Source of the DNA: Glaucostegus cemiculus
Lineage: Eukaryota
Reading direction: 5' to 3'
DNA length: 64,000 bases
NCBI GenBank assembly: GCA_976551045.1
Contig: CDPCPM010000073.1
Coordinates: 32,860,001 to 32,924,000 of the forward strand
This document shows, one piece after another, positions 38,410 through 52,504 of the stretch (position 1 is its first letter; every line of letters starts with the position of its first letter). The notes under the pieces were generated by a model, which was given only the letters and a program-made list of their open reading frames with translations, searched no databases and was not told the DNA's origin. A program made the position numbers and the translations under genes.

Positions 38410-39110
38410 GAACTCAACAACCATTGATTGGCAAAACATTCTCTCCAATGTCTTGGAACAGCTCGTATATCAAACAGACAGAAATGTTCTGCAAAGCAAA
38501 GCATAGCCTAGAAGTTGAAGGAGAAAATGATATCATGAGAACCCAAAATGATGTAATATGTGTCTTTGAAAAAGCAAACTCCTGATGGAGATTGGACCAG
38601 AAGCATATGGCATACTGACAAATCTCCTGCACAAAACACAAATGATGCCTTATTCAGAGATACACAGAAACTGGAAGATAAACTTAATCCAAAGCCAACA
38701 AAAATACCTGAAGGGTATAGTTGAGGACACAGATCCAGAATCAAGATGAGACAATGAGTGATTACATTATTTCATTAAAGAACTTATCCATGTCTAGCAA
38801 TCTTGGTGCTTTTCCAGATCAAGCCTTATGTGATAGTTTTATGTGTGAAATGAAGGATGAAAGAATTCCTTCAAAGATGTTGAGCAAAGAAAACTTAACT
38901 TCAAACCTGCATTTCAAATTGCTGTCTACATGGAAATGGCATCCCAAACAGCTAGAAAATGTTCTCCACCACAACTGGAATGATGTAGCTGCAGTACACA
39001 GTCAGAGAGTCATAATAAAGTCCAAAGCTACAAGATGGAGTCTGAAGTATACTGGTGAGACCAGTTCAATGAGTTGTTATTGTTGCAATGATTACCACTA
39101 ACCAAAGTTT
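38410..39110 (+). mobile_element. Ty3/Gypsy gag relic
   Basis: ORF 38721-39101 QNQDETMSDYIISLKNLSMSSNLGAFPDQALCDSFMCEMKDERIPSKMLSKENLT resembles Gypsy Gag and ends in a CYCC zinc-knuckle remnant. Confidence 0.8.
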
Positions 39111-40734
39111 TCTTAGTTGTCATACAAACATCACATTTTGATTTTCTTCAGCCCTGCCTCTATGATTACAGATATATATCTATTTATTTACCTACTTTCA
39201 AATTATTCATAAAATCATTACAGTCCGGATTCTGATATTTCTCCCGAAGGAAGACAGGAGTCCGCCCTTCCAAAACCGGACATGCCTAACCCTGAAGATG
39301 GAGGCAAGTTTTATAAATTTTCTGCTAAATGGAGCAATTTGTCTGCATAGCAGTTGATTGCCTCTAGGATCAATGACTATTGTCTGAGATACATCTGGGA
39401 TCATTTCAAGGGCTTCATGGAACTCCCATGTGCTCTCAAAGGCATCATAAGTAGAATTTCCTGGAGTAGCCTGGGACATCCCTCAGATTTGTCCCAGTGA
39501 AATGCAGGGCAGGTTCAAGGCTTGTCCTCTCCCCAGCCACAGCCCTCCCCATCCTTTGACCTTCTCTTCTGCTCCCCATCTGCTGTCCCACTCAGGTGCT
39601 CCTTGAGCTCAAGCAGAATCTCTGGATTGTGTCAAATTCCTGGAGAAGCAATGAAGCACTTCCCAAAAACAGGAAAAACTTTTACTACCCCTGTCAGGAT
39701 ACAAGAAGATCTTCGTAAAGAAAAATTCCATGCAAGTGGTCAGAGGAAGATGCTGTACAAAATTAATTTTGGTGCTATAACCTTACCAAAAACTTGTCCA
39801 TTGAGAGTCAACAATATCCTTTAACACTCCCAAAGGAAACCTTATTGACAAAGTGAAAACATAGGAAATGCAGTATGGAGGTGATAAAGGAATTTGGGGC
39901 AGGCTATTAACTTTCCTGTGGAAAAAGCAGCCGTAATTCTTTCCTGCTTAAAAAAATCACTTGCCCTGTGATGGTGTTGAAACTATGCTGAAGTTTCTCA
40001 CCTTCTTTATCCTTTATATACTTCCATAATAAGGACACTATCTGCTGCCCCACTTTAAGGTTTAGTCATGGGCTATATATAAAATAGCACATGGAAATCC
40101 TTCTTAGCCCAGTCCTTGAAGAACATTTTCAACTGGTCTGTCAGAAAACAGCTCTTCTTTTTGCTGCCTTTGTTGCAGGTAAATTATCCAGCAGCACAAT
40201 TTTGACACTTCCTTACTGAGTCTGACCCACTTTAAGTGCTGTTATAAACAGACTGAGTTTATCTATTGCACTGTATAGCATGGAGACCCTGATGCTGCAA
40301 AGCCCATCATTTCCTGTGGTGACAATGATGAATAGCTCTGGTCAGGCAAGCAGTGTTTCACAACTGCAACACTTTTATTGAAAAAAACCCACTTGATCCA
40401 CTGGTTTCAAGAAAGCAGCAACAGATCCCTGAAAATTAAAATGTTTCCAATATTAAATGCCGCCTATCAGTGTGATGCAAATCACTACATAATCCGACTC
40501 AGAAGAGTAATATAAGTTTGACCACCATGAATACTGCATCATTAAAGGTTAGTGTCAAATAAACTGCCAGGATTTTATCCAGCAGAGGGAGGGGAAATGA
40601 CCTCCATACATTCTGGTTTACCTTCTTACAATAACCTCAAGAGTGTGTGTGTGTGTAGGGTGGGGGGTTGGGGGAGGGAAGTGTCAGGATTTTCTCCCTT
40701 TATTAGCAATGTTTCACTAAAGACCTGAGTTGCA

Positions 40735-41000
40735 ACAACAACAGCATCCATTTACATAGCACTGTAATGCAGCAACCCATCCTGAGGCATGTTTAGGAAT
40801 GTTATCAAGCAAAAATTAGCTGAGCCACTGAAGATTTCAGAATTTCAGATTAAATGGGTGAATGGCTTGGTCAAAATGGTTTTATTAAGCACCTTAAAGG
40901 AGAAGAAAGAAATAGAGGGATAGGGGCATGGAGTTTAGGGAAAGAATTACAGATATCTTGGCAGGTTGCAGGACTGAAGGAAGTTAGCAATAGGGTGGGG
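40735..41000 (-). mobile_element. L2 LINE 3' end
   Basis: aacaacaacagcatccatttacatagcac tail, ttggtcaaaatggttttattaagcaccttaaagg and tttagggaaagaattacaga blocks; inverse of 23190-23470. Confidence 0.6.
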
Positions 41001-41972
41001 CAACTTAAAAGGCTGATGGAAAATATTCCCTGATGTCTATATCTCTGTTGGCTGGAATGAAATGTTTTGTCAATAAACAATGACGGAAAAATAGCCAATC
41101 GTGAGTATGAAAAGGTTGTTGAATGTTTGCCTTTGCCAAATCCCCGGTACCAAAATAACCCCTAATATAAAAAGAGTGTTACAATGAATGGACTTTGTGT
41201 TACAGATAATTTGATCAAATAATCAGTTGCGTCATTTGTTGACTGAGCACCAAGACTAAGGCACAGGGAAGAAACTATTTAAATCCTCAGTGAATATACC
41301 AATGTTTTATAATGCAGTGATAACCAGTCACAGCATGCTTAAGGATCATAGTGTGATTTATATTCTTCATCAAACATTGATGGCAGCCTGAAGGCAAGAA
41401 GAGCATGCAGAGACCAAATGGAATATTCATTTGAAGAAAAATATTATTATTACCAGGGAATAAACTGATCAGTGTGTGCACTGTATTGGTTTCCTTCTTT
41501 GATTCCAGTGGCCATCTTCTTGAAGTCAGCCTTTCCAGTATGAATGTGGTTTAACAATATGTAACAACAGGTTAAGTTTTACTCCATAACCTCAGCTGGA
41601 ACAACTTGTAAAATGAAGCAACTTTTAATTCATAGGATAAATTTTCTAAAATCTCATAGTTGGTAGGAAGACACTTGTGTCTTTTGAGTTATTATGCCCT
41701 GCATCATCAAGTTCCACCTTTCAATTAAATTGGACATCTCCTGGGCCCTTTGGCAGGGCTAACATGGAAAGCCAGATTCTTCAGAGCTGCTTCTGTGGGA
41801 TATGCTTCACATGTAAGTACTTAGGCTCGAACAGAAGCCCTTTGATTTCTGGGGCTCTTTGTTTTTAATACAGGAAACTGTTCAGAATGTAAAAGATGAT
41901 TCATTTCTATTTTGACACATTGGTACAAAGTTAATATGAAACCAGTCACCATGAATTTTGTATCTCTTATAG

Positions 41973-42133
41973 TTTCAGAGGCCTTATGACCATTCACCAC
42001 CATTTCGATTTGGGACAGTTCCAAACGGAAGCACAGAGAGAAACATCAGAAATAACTATCCAGATATGCATGCTTATATGTCCAAATACAATCAAAAAGG
42101 AGTGCAAGATGCCCTGGTTAGCCTGAAGACTGG
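41973..42133 (+). CDS. GRIN2A: GluN2A coding exon (161 nt), first part of S2; not in the ORF track
   Basis: Acceptor tctcttatAG, donor GTAAGT at 42134. Manual translation [53 protein letters not shown](G). Confidence 0.97.
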
Positions 42134-42384
42134 GTAAGTATTAGATGCCACTTACTAATTTATCACACTACAGTTCCTAGATTTTTTTTAATCAAAGGAG
42201 CAATGGCTCTTCAGGTTTGGTTTATACATGTAATGTGTTAGGAAGTTATGTGAAATCTTTATAATTCACTGGCGTGGCGTCAGCTGGAGAACATTTCTGA
42301 GCTTCATGCTTTGGGAAGAATGCCTAGTCTTTGGAGGTAACACAGTAAAGTTTTTCAGGAATGATACCAGAAATATTAAAAAGG

Positions 42385-42890
42385 ATTGGTGTGCATTGTG
42401 CAAGACTTCTCAGGATATACCAGAGGTCATTACAGCCAATTAAGTACTTACTGAAGTGTACTATAGGAAGTATGTTTGCCTATTTGCACATAGCAAGCTC
42501 CCACAAGTAGCAATATGATGATCATTGATATTTATAGCATAGAAGGAGGTCATTTGGCACATTGGTCCACTCTGGCCAAAAACAGACTTTGGATTTAACT
42601 CACTTCTCAGCTCTTGGTCCTCAGCCTTCCAGCTTCTTAAACACTCATCCATAGTGACCAGATCCTCTGTTTTTAGTGATGCCCATTGAGGGAAAAAAAA
42701 ACATTGACAGGACACCAGAGGGAACTCCTCTGCCCTCCTTTAAAATAATGCAAAGGGATGTGTTACGCTCATCTGAGGGCTCAGTTGAACATCTCATCCA
42801 AAACGTGACTCTTCTGACAGAGTCTCTGAAGTAGGTTTGAAACCACAACCCCTGAACTACTGCATGGTGATTGCTTACCAATGTGTTGAG
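42385..42890 (-). mobile_element. Deu-domain SINE with a short internal insertion (about 42530-42640)
   Basis: tacagccaattaagtacttactgaagtgta...caagctcccacaa...caggacaccagagggaactcctctgccctc...catctcatccaaaa. Confidence 0.7.
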
Positions 42891-43039
42891 AATTCAATCG
42901 AATGGGAGGATAGAGAACCAGGATTAATCGCCTTTGAATGAGAAGGATAAGGCTGCTGTACTTAACAAAAAGTTTTCAAAAACCCAGAGAAGGGGCTTGA
43001 TCAAGAAATTAAGTTGAACTGCTTTCATTGGCTTCATGG

Positions 43040-43325
43040 TGGTAGATAATCAGGATGTACATAAATGATAATTAGCAAAAAATCAATGAGGAGATGAGGC
43101 GATCATTTTTACGCAGTAAGTTGTTATGATCTGCAATGTAATGTTGATGTGATGGCTTAAACAGATTGTGTACTATATTTCAAAAGGAATCTTTTCAAAA
43201 GTAAAAACTTGTAGGGTTGTGGAGAAAAGTCAGGAGAGTGTGGTTAAATAGCTATCTCTTCAAAAAGAGCCAGGGCATGAACAATAGCACATGTGGCTCC
43301 TTCGGTGCTGCATCACTCTATGTGC
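43040..43325 (+). mobile_element. CR1 LINE 3' fragment
   Basis: ttttacgcagtaagttgttatgatctg...tcaaaaagagcc...ggctccttcggtgctgcatcactctatg 3' UTR. Confidence 0.7.
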
Positions 43326-43879
43326 ACTGTTAATATTAAGAATATTGGACAAGGTGAGACACTGCCACTCTGAGGCTGGGACTCTCTAGCTGTATGTCAT
43401 TATGTGGGTTAGCGAGTTCTAACACATTCCCACTTGATGTGAGTCACATTGATGGGACTGGGGATTGCTCACCTAAGGCTGGTGTTTTATCCCACCCTGC
43501 AAGTGTAGGTGACACTTTGCTACCTATCTACTGTCTGTATTACTGCACCTAACAACACTGCTGTCTTCAAAAGCAGATGAATGACTAAGAGGAGTTCTCT
43601 TGGCTTAGAAAAGATGCTGATTATATGAAATTTCCAAGTAAGACATGAATTGTGGCTATTTCTTCTCAAATAGCACAGCACATTTCTATAAATGCTGACA
43701 CTTGGATTTGTTCACATATGAAAGGCAAGAAGTAGGTTAAAAGGCACTTTCAATAAATAAACTCAATACAGAGTCAGGTCCCTTAACTCAGACAAACTAA
43801 CCTGTATTGCCTGTGTGTTTGGGAGATGATGACTTGTGCTTTCTATAAAATTAAGTAAGATGGAAACAAAACCTGTATT

Positions 43880-44050
43880 TCTTGCTAATGCTGAATATCA
43901 CTGAAGTACTGAGAGGCTTATTTGGGTGCTGGAACCCTACCAAATGCCATTTGGTGGTGAAAGAAACAAAGTTTCAGTTCATTGACCTTTTATCAGAACT
44001 TCTCTGACTTGCTGAATATTACCAGCATTTTCAGTTTTTAGGTCAAATCT
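43880..44050. mobile_element. Penelope-derived repeat with inverted arms
   Basis: Minus strand AGTT-CTGATAA-AAGGTCAATGAACT-GAAA at about 44000-43972, then a plus-oriented arm tgacttgctgaatattaccagcattttcagttttta. Confidence 0.55.
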
Positions 44051-45829
44051 TTGGCGCTTTTGGGATTTTTACCCACTCCTTAACAGGAGGTAAATTAAGT
44101 CTTAGAATCATTGGAGCAGCAGAGATGAATGTTTAACTTGGAAGATTCTTTGTGTTGACCCAGAATTTCCTGGGAGCTGGGAGCCACCTGTGCTTGCCAC
44201 TTTCCTACCTGTTAGTCTGTACTTACCTAGAGTGGGTTCTTCAGTCCCTGCAGCCAGTTTCATCCCAAATGGCAAAGCTCTGTGGTTCACAGACCCTTCA
44301 GATCATAAATGCCAAGCTCCACCTACAGAAATGTTTTGATGGCCAGCTAAGTCATGTCCCCAGGCTGAATTGACTGTCAAAACTGCCAACGGTTTGACTA
44401 TTTATGAATGTCTCTATCTTCTTTTAAAAATGAACAGCATGCTTAAAGTTAATTAATTTTAAAAAAATGTATGCATTACCTGAAGCTTGCCTCTCTCTTT
44501 CATAGTTGACCCTCTACCAGGTCTCACTTAGATAGGGATTAGCAGGTAGATTCCTCAGTGTAACTGCTGGGAAACTTCAGGAAGTTGTGTTTCCGGCAGT
44601 TAGGGAAATCACTGCCAATCACTAATGAGGACCTTTGGGACTTGTGCACTTATTTACACTTGCACAGGAATCCCGAACATCCTGACAGTTACATCAGGAA
44701 ATGCTGGCATTTCACTGGAAAGTCCTATCCATTATTCCTAATTAATTGTTACTTGATTTTGGGCTTGTGTGTGAAAGCAGTCAAGCTGCGATGCTGGTTC
44801 AGGCGTGGAACGTCATAGTTCACTGAGCCTTTGCATAGCCTGGCAGGTGGTTGCATAAGCTATGAGACTCTGAATCACACAAAAAATCTGTCTTTTTTAT
44901 CCTTTCCCAGGAGCAGAAGCCATATATTTTACTGAGCCAATCACTGGCTGACAACCAAGCACCATTATCTAATTAGAGGGACAGCATATCTTTGATTTTA
45001 TTCTTAGACCCCTTACATCAGTTTGACTAGTAGAGCCAGTTATTAGGGTAACCACGAACCAGCTTAGCCAGTATGTCCCTCTGGCAAGGAGATATAGTGT
45101 CCGTGGTGATTAAGAATCCTTAACAGGCACCTTTGATGGGAGAAAATGACATTCTAGCCAGGTTGACCTTGGCTTTAAACACACCTCGTACTTTCTGCCT
45201 GTGTTTATGTCTGTGACTATGATCCATCTTTTGACTGTGGTGTGCATCACTGGGCCTTAAAATTGTCTAAGGACGTAAGAAATAGGCATTAGCCTTTCAT
45301 ACCTGCTCCACCATTGAGAAAGATTATTTACCTCAGTGCCACTCCTGTGGTAAACCCTTTTCGCTTTATTTACTGATGTCTAAAACAGTACAACATTTTT
45401 TTTGGATTGTCAGATTTTAAACGTCCTGATTGCTAAATGTAATTGTTGCCATTGTTTGGCAGTCATGTTATCTCAGTTCTTAGAGCCAAGACTGCAGTGT
45501 GCATGACACATCCGTGCATGGAGGCTGCAGGGCATGCAGAGCAGCATCAAACATTGCGCAACGCTCATTTTAGGGCCACTTGCACAAAGTTCTGTTGCAC
45601 ACTCATGATCCATGAGTAATGTGGCTTTCAAATGCTGAAGCAGGATCGACTGAAGGATTGGGGCCGGCTGTGTCACGAGTTGGAGTTCTGTCCTAATGTA
45701 CACAATATCTTAGACTTCATACTCGGTGGAATTTCATTCTGGCACTTCACACAGGGCTTGTATGTGCACCATTGATTAACCTTACATTTTTGCACCTTTT
45801 AAGTCACGTATTTTTCATATTTTTTCTTA

Positions 45830-46105
45830 GTACAAACAAGGAAGCCATTCAGCCCATCAAATCCAAACCAGTACTCAGTACATTCCCATCAGTCCCACTT
45901 ACTTCTCTGTAACTTACTACCTCTCACATGTCCCATCTACTACCTCCTGTTTCTACTGCCTTAGGGGTTATTTACTCGGACCAATTAATCTATAGCATAT
46001 CTTTGGGATGTGGCAGGAAACCCATGCAGTCATAGGGAGAACATGCAAACGCCATGCAGGTAGCACAAGTGGTCAGGATTAAACCCGGGTCACTGAAGTT
46101 GCACT
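45830..46105 (-). mobile_element. V-SINE (HE1-like)
   Basis: tctttgggatgtggcaggaaacccatgcagtcatagggagaacatgcaaac...ggattaaacccgggtcactg is the reverse of the V-domain and B-box. Confidence 0.75.
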
Positions 46106-46239
46106 ACCCAATTATCATTCAATTGGGTCTATGAAAATTTTGGTCCTCAGTGCAAGATATCCTCTGCCAATTTATTTCTCTCCACCAAAGAAAAACGATG
46201 ATAAAAGTAAACTCAATTTCAGCACTGTGATGTTCTATA

Positions 46240-46640
46240 TTCCTTCCATATGCTCTGGATAAAAGGAACTGGTGGATGTATCATACTTAAATTTCCAGAA
46301 GGCAATTGCAAAGATTGTCTTCTGTGGAAAATAACAGCTTACAGTGTGGGAGGTAACATTTTGGTGTGGAGAGAAGATTGGCTGACTAACAGAAAACAGG
46401 GAGTAGTCATAAATATGTCTCTCTCTGGTCGTCAAGATTTAATGAGTGACATGCCACAGAGATCAGGGCTGGAGCTCAACATCTTACAATTTATATAAGT
46501 GACTTGGATCAGGGCACCAAAGATATAGTTCCTAAATTTTCTGTTGATACAAAAGATAAATAAAATAGTAAGTTATGAATGAGGCATACAGTGAGATATA
46601 GATAAGTTAGCTGAGTAGGCAAAGATCTGGCAAATGGAGT
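46240..46640 (+). mobile_element. CR1 LINE RT fragment
   Basis: gtggatgtatcatacttaaatttccagaaggca (VDVxYLNFQKA), REDWLTNRKQGVVIN, aaattttctgttgatacaaa (KFxxDTK). Confidence 0.8.
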
Positions 46641-48679
46641 ATTTTTAGGAAAATTGACTAGCATCTTGGTGTTTGAATGTGTGACAGGCAGGAAAAAATC
46701 AACTGGTTCTTCAAATCGGCACCACATCATGATAATCAGAGTACTGTGTCTAAATACTTCCTCTCTTTTGCTTTCCCATCTCACCCTCCCTCCATTCCCT
46801 CATGGCCCACCTCACTAGTCACAGCCATGAACTCCTGAGATAAGTAACTGGAATGTACTCTGGTTAATTCAGCCTTGTCTTCCTCAGGCAGACACACTAT
46901 CCTGAAAGCCTCAGCATGAAAATGGTGAATGCATTCACAATGACTGCTGTGTTTGCACCTGTCCTTTGATACTTCTTACACATCGACACCCACCACAAGG
47001 AAAAGGTTAACATTTCCCAAGTCTTGCAGAATGAATTTATCCTGGAAGCCAAGAGGGAAGGTAGAGGGAAGGGACATAGCCCATAGTCCATGATATATCA
47101 TGGTATCTTAAACTCATTCCATGTAGATCTTCCCTGTTAGATTTAATTGTGTTTAGATTTTGGACAAGCTGTCCCTTCAGGGCATCTATTCTACACAACA
47201 TAATGCCTTGCCTGTTGAAGAAACTAACGGAGGTCTAGCCATGGTGGCACTTTACCATGAGCAAACATGGTCTGGGAGCAGCTGCTGTTATCCTGGAGAT
47301 AGCTTGCAGTCCTGTTCCATGCTGTGTGCTGCACTGCAGCCCCAGAATACAGCAAACTGTTGCAGCACATAAATCACAGTGCCCACTAGACTTCAGTCAT
47401 CTATTGGGATGTATTAATGCCCAGGTGATCATATGCAGCACCCACTGTTACATACATATTCTTCCATCGGACACATCTTTAATTTAGTACTTTGGAGCTG
47501 TTAAATTTCCATTCTGAATTCCAATGTAAAAGGCAAAGAGAATCATCCTGCATTTTGTGTATTTGTTCTTTGCAAAACAAAACTGTAGTCTCATCTTCCT
47601 GGCCAGTATTCAAGTGATAAATTGTTAGTGAAGTGGGGAAGACTGAAATCATTAATAACTTTAAGTACTTGCACTGTCCATGGGGACTTGCAGAGCGCTT
47701 TGGGAACAGTCATCCCATCCTATTCTGTAGAGAACTGTTGGGCTCTAAAATTACTGTATGGTATTAGTCTAGTTGCGCAACCACTTAGTGCATCTGATCT
47801 GTGAAAAGAATTTAAACTGACCCTGGAGTATATGCTGTCTCTTTAATTAATGTTAAACTAAAATGGAATATCTATGAAATTCCAGTTGTCTAATAGGTTT
47901 AATAAAAATCAATATTACCAGCTAACTTATGAACAGGATATTGATTGTAACCCTAACAAAAACAATTGTCAGTCAGCAAGTTCATTCCACAGGTTTGGAA
48001 AGATCACTGTTTTTTCTTCATTCAGGAAAGCCCTGAGCTAATACCTTTGGTCACTGTTGCTGCTTGCTGGAGGCTGAAGTATGGATGTCAGATAGGATTG
48101 GTCTTGGTTGTAACATCTTCTCAAGAGTCAGATGTTCAGCATCAGGTTCAATGTTACTTAAGTAAGATTTGTCTGAGATTTAAAGAATAAGGTTTAAATG
48201 ATATCCAGACAAAGAAAGTTCTCAGAATCCTGAGAGCTGAAAGCTAGCAAGAGAGTAAACAAGGAATAAAAATACTCAAATACTTAGAAAGACGAGCTCA
48301 GTGAGTGCATTTTCAAGCAAATGTTCCCCCCAGCATGTTCTTTAAATTGGGAAATCAGAGACCTCCGTCATTTGATTCTCCTACTGCCAATTTTCATGGA
48401 AACCATAGGCTACATGCACACAATTGCCCTGCCTACGCTTGATGGGAGAGCTTAATTGTGTAATCAGCTAAATAATACCATTTCCTCTAGACAGCATCCT
48501 TTAACAGTCTTGAGTTTTAGCTCAAACCAAGTGACCCTATTCAATTTCATTAATTAATTAAATACCGTTTACCTGTCGTGTCAAAGTTATGATAGTCCTT
48601 TTAAGTCTTGCTTGTTTCTTTATCAACGTTAACATTTTCTATATAGTGTTGGAAACCGGCAACAACTGATGGCAGCATC

Positions 48680-48945
48680 AGAAGTAGGAGTAGGTTGTAT
48701 GTCCCTCTCAGCCTGCTCCTAAAGCAATCCTAATCGCCCCACCCCCACTTAGTTCCCTGTACCCTGTTCTCTCACACTTGCCCATTAACACCCTGCTGAT
48801 TGTCCCACCATCCATCCACACTAGGGGCAATTGGTGGTCAATCAACCTAACAACCAGCATGTCTTTGGAATGTGGAAGGGAACCAGCGCACCTGGGGGAA
48901 GCCCAGGTGGTCACAGGGTGAGCTTGCAGACTCCACACAAGTCAG
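48680..48945 (-). mobile_element. V-SINE (HE1-like)
   Basis: catgtctttggaatgtggaagggaaccagcgcacctgggggaagcccaggtggtcacagggtgagcttgcagactccacaca V-domain. Confidence 0.8.
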
Positions 48946-49089
48946 TACTTGATCACATTTAAAAAGTTCCCAAACAGGTTGTGACAAGGCCATGGTAAGC
49001 TTAGGACCAGACAAATCTGACAATGTGCTAATAAAACAAATGAATGTATATTTGCTTTTGATTAAGATGTGCCTCTGAGTTTGAACCAT

Positions 49090-49680
49090 GCCTCTACTTG
49101 TCTATCGGTGTTTTTTTCCACACACACACTTCTCTCTGCTTGTTTCTGCCTGTCTTGCAATATCTGGTGTGTGCTTTTTCTTCCCCTCCCTTACTTTTAT
49201 TTGTCGGTGCATATTTGTATCTCTGTCCCTTTGCTCACATCTTAACTGCCTCCTACAATCTCTTTGGTTCGGATCTCTGTTTTAATTTCTGTCGCTTTGC
49301 AGCTTCTTTCTGCCTCATGCCATAGCTACAATCTCACATTTACTTGTTTCAAGAATTACTCTCATGCCCAAATATTGATTCAGTCTATCCTCTTTCTCTC
49401 TGACCTGTCTCTGCTGTCTTCTGACTGCTTCAGATTTATCTCCTCGCTCAAGTTCCATTTACTTATTTTACTTTCCTTGTCACCTTCCCTTCTAATCACT
49501 GACTCCAGCTACATTATACCGGTTGTCTGCCTCTGCCCTTAATTTATGTCCTTTCCTTAGACTCATTTTTTCATCTCTCCTTGATGATACCTCAATGATT
49601 TTATTTTTATTCAACCTCTCTGTTATCTTGTCGCCTGTGGGAATATTTTTCTTTCGTTCGATTCTGTCTTGTTCAATTTC
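49090..49680 (+). repeat. Pyrimidine-rich low-complexity tract
   Basis: About 600 nt strongly enriched in T and C on the + strand; it generates several overlapping spurious Leu/Ser/Phe-rich ORFs. Confidence 0.6.
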
Positions 49681-51771
49681 TCATGGGTCGAGGAGAGTGC
49701 TGAGTAGTTTCACCAAAATATCCTCATCTTTTCACAAACTTAAGCATGGGGAACAATAAGGAGAAACCTTGTTGAAATAATTGCAATCATTAGCTACAAG
49801 CCATATCAAAACTTGAAGAATTAATTGGATTAAATCAGACTGAAAGTGAAACATATCTAAGTGGAAATCGATCCTTTACTGCACATTCGAGATATGTGAT
49901 GTGATTTGAACTCTGCTTCTGAAATTCTATCTCAATGTCTTCAAATTACTACAATGCAGTTTTAGCATACATAAGAGGTTGAACTGATTCCCACCTGTTT
50001 TTTCTCCTAATTCAGATTTATATCCAAAAATAATTTGGATAATTTGGATAAATAAAGCTTCAGCAATGCTGGAATGATGAAAATGGAAGCAGGCGGCACA
50101 CAAGTCTATCATTGAAATAGAATGAAGGCCATCTCTATCTTAGCTCCATTTATTGTCTTGGCTCTACATCTCTTAATACCCTTTGCAAACATTAACATTT
50201 ATGCCCCCTTGCTCAAGACTTTGGCTAATAAGTAAATCATTAAGATTGTTATCTATTCAATGGGGAAAGATGTGAGCAACTTCCATAATAGAAAATGTAT
50301 GATATTCGTTGTTAATTATTGAGTGCAGCAAGAGAGTCACTTTCTTTTCCAGCTTCTGAAATCCAATCTCATTCCTTTGATAGCTGGCCTACATTGGACA
50401 AAAAATTAATTAAAAAAGTTGGCAGTAGAACTTGGTGATTACATTAGTTGCAGTCCTGAATAAACTGACATCTAATTTATCAAACTTTGGTTCCTTATTA
50501 GATGCTGAGGTCTTAAGATACTTTTAAACAGTAATAACCTTAATGGACTAAAAGTCACAGTATTATCAAACAATGCATTGCAGTTTTGCACAGTGGAATG
50601 GATCAATCCAGCTTGATGTGGCAGAATGACTTTTGAAATATTTTCCTGGCCATGCAATTTAAGCTGATGAGAACTCAGCAAGTGCTTTGAGATCCTTTAA
50701 AAACAGTAGAGCAGGGATCTGTGGTGGTGACTATACAGAACATTGTGGAGAATGCTTTGCAACAGCCCCAAATACACAATTTCCATTTATATAGAATCGC
50801 AAACATAGTAACATGTTTCAAGGTGCTTCACAGGAACTTTCCCAGGTATAGTTTGAGCCACGTAAAGAGACATTTGGGCCAGATTATGCTGAAATTGCTG
50901 CTTAGTGTGTCCATCTGGCTGCACCAACCTGTTCCAGATGCAGATGAGCAAAGTGACCTTCTATACCAAGGACACCTACCCTGAAGCTGAGCAGGTCACC
51001 AAGTAATGCATGGAGGTTCTGGTCAGGACACCCAAATTCCTAACAGTACACAAAGATTTAAGAGTTAAGGATGATCGCAGTAGCTTTATACGCTTTGTAA
51101 GGAAAAGTGTTGACACTTGCAGAAAGACCACTCCTGGTGGTGCTTTCCTACTCCACCAAAACCTCAGTCTGATGGACAGGCAGGAGCAACGATAGATGGA
51201 GATTTTGCTCTCTGCTGGTACTTCCCCACACTTCCAACCATACCTTAGTGAAATATGGAAGGTTGGTCTTGATGTTCAGTGGTTACTGAGTTGAACAATG
51301 GGTGGTGCGGGCCCTCGATCAGTGTAACGAAGCGATATGGGCCACCAGAGCAAGCACTCGCACCCATTGCCACCCCACCACAGGCTGTGAGAACTAGTCA
51401 ACCTCCACACCCCCCTCAATTCAGCCAGCTGTCAAGATTTTTTAAATTTTTTTTCAAATTCTCTGATATACTGGAATATTTAAAAACAATAAAATGAAAT
51501 AAGTAGATTTCTTTTGAGTTAAAATAATATCAACTAAAACACTCAAACACTTAAAATATTAAACAACCACAAATAACTTCAGGAAGGGAGTCAGCCTTAA
51601 TCTTCCCTTTCTTCCTTGCAGCCTTACAACCCTTATTGAAATCAATGAGATTAGCGATCCTGTGTCAGGTCTAAACTCATTCAGGGTGTGAGAGCAGATT
51701 CCCCAACGTAAATCCAGTGGATCCTGAGCATATCCCAATCCACCGCTGGACTCCATGGGAAGTCAGCACAG

Positions 51772-52504
51772 AAAATCAGAATCAGTTTTATTGTCACTAC
51801 TATATACACATTCAGTATGCATAGGAACGAAATACCGTACTCCACAGATTAAGGTGCTCGTCACATTAAAAAAACCAATGAGAGACACAAAAGCAGAGAG
51901 ACATTAACAACATTGGAGCCACAAAATTTTATAGCGACGTGAATAAACAATCTTAAAGTGAGCGTACTGAGGCAGCAGACAATGGACATTTAAAGTGCTG
52001 GTGCATTTCTGTATGCTCAGCATCCTTTGGCATTGGCGGGAGGGATGAGGGAATTCATAGTTCTGATAGCTTGTGGGAAGAAGCTATTGCACAGTCTGGT
52101 AGTCCTTGCCCGGATGCACTGGAGCCTTCTTCCGGATGACGAGTGTGAAGAGGTGGTAGAAGGGGTGAGAAGGGTCTGACATTATGTTTGACCTTTCTGA
52201 CACATCGATCCTTATATACATCTGCAATAGAGGGTAGAGAGACACCTATGATCTTCTCTGCCGCTCTCACTATTCTCTGAAGGAACTTCCATCCAGCAGC
52301 TGAGCAGCTCCCATACCAGATGGTGATGCAGTGTGTCAGGATGCTCTCAATGGTCCCTCTATAAAAAGTTTTCATAATCGAAGGATGGGAGTTCACTTTC
52401 CTCAATCTCCGCAGGAAGTAGAGGCATTTCTGGGCTTTCTTGGTGAGGGCTGTGGTGTTAATGGACCAGGTCAGGTCATCAGCGATGTGCACCCCCAGGA
52501 ACTT
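51772..52504 (-). mobile_element. Rex1/Babar non-LTR retrotransposon 3' end, 5'-truncated
   Basis: KFLGVHIADDLTWSINTTALTKKAQKCLYFLRRLRK...FYRGTIESILTHCITIWYGSCSA...LQRIVRAAEKIIGVSLPSI (ORF 52055-52492), 3' UTR and a tail reading AATAAAActgattctgatt on the minus strand. Confidence 0.9.

Noticed and set aside
41973-41978. Alternative acceptor 6 nt downstream (tttcAG) that would delete Phe-Gln
   Set aside because: The AG is forced by the conserved FQR coding sequence; there is no evidence of use.
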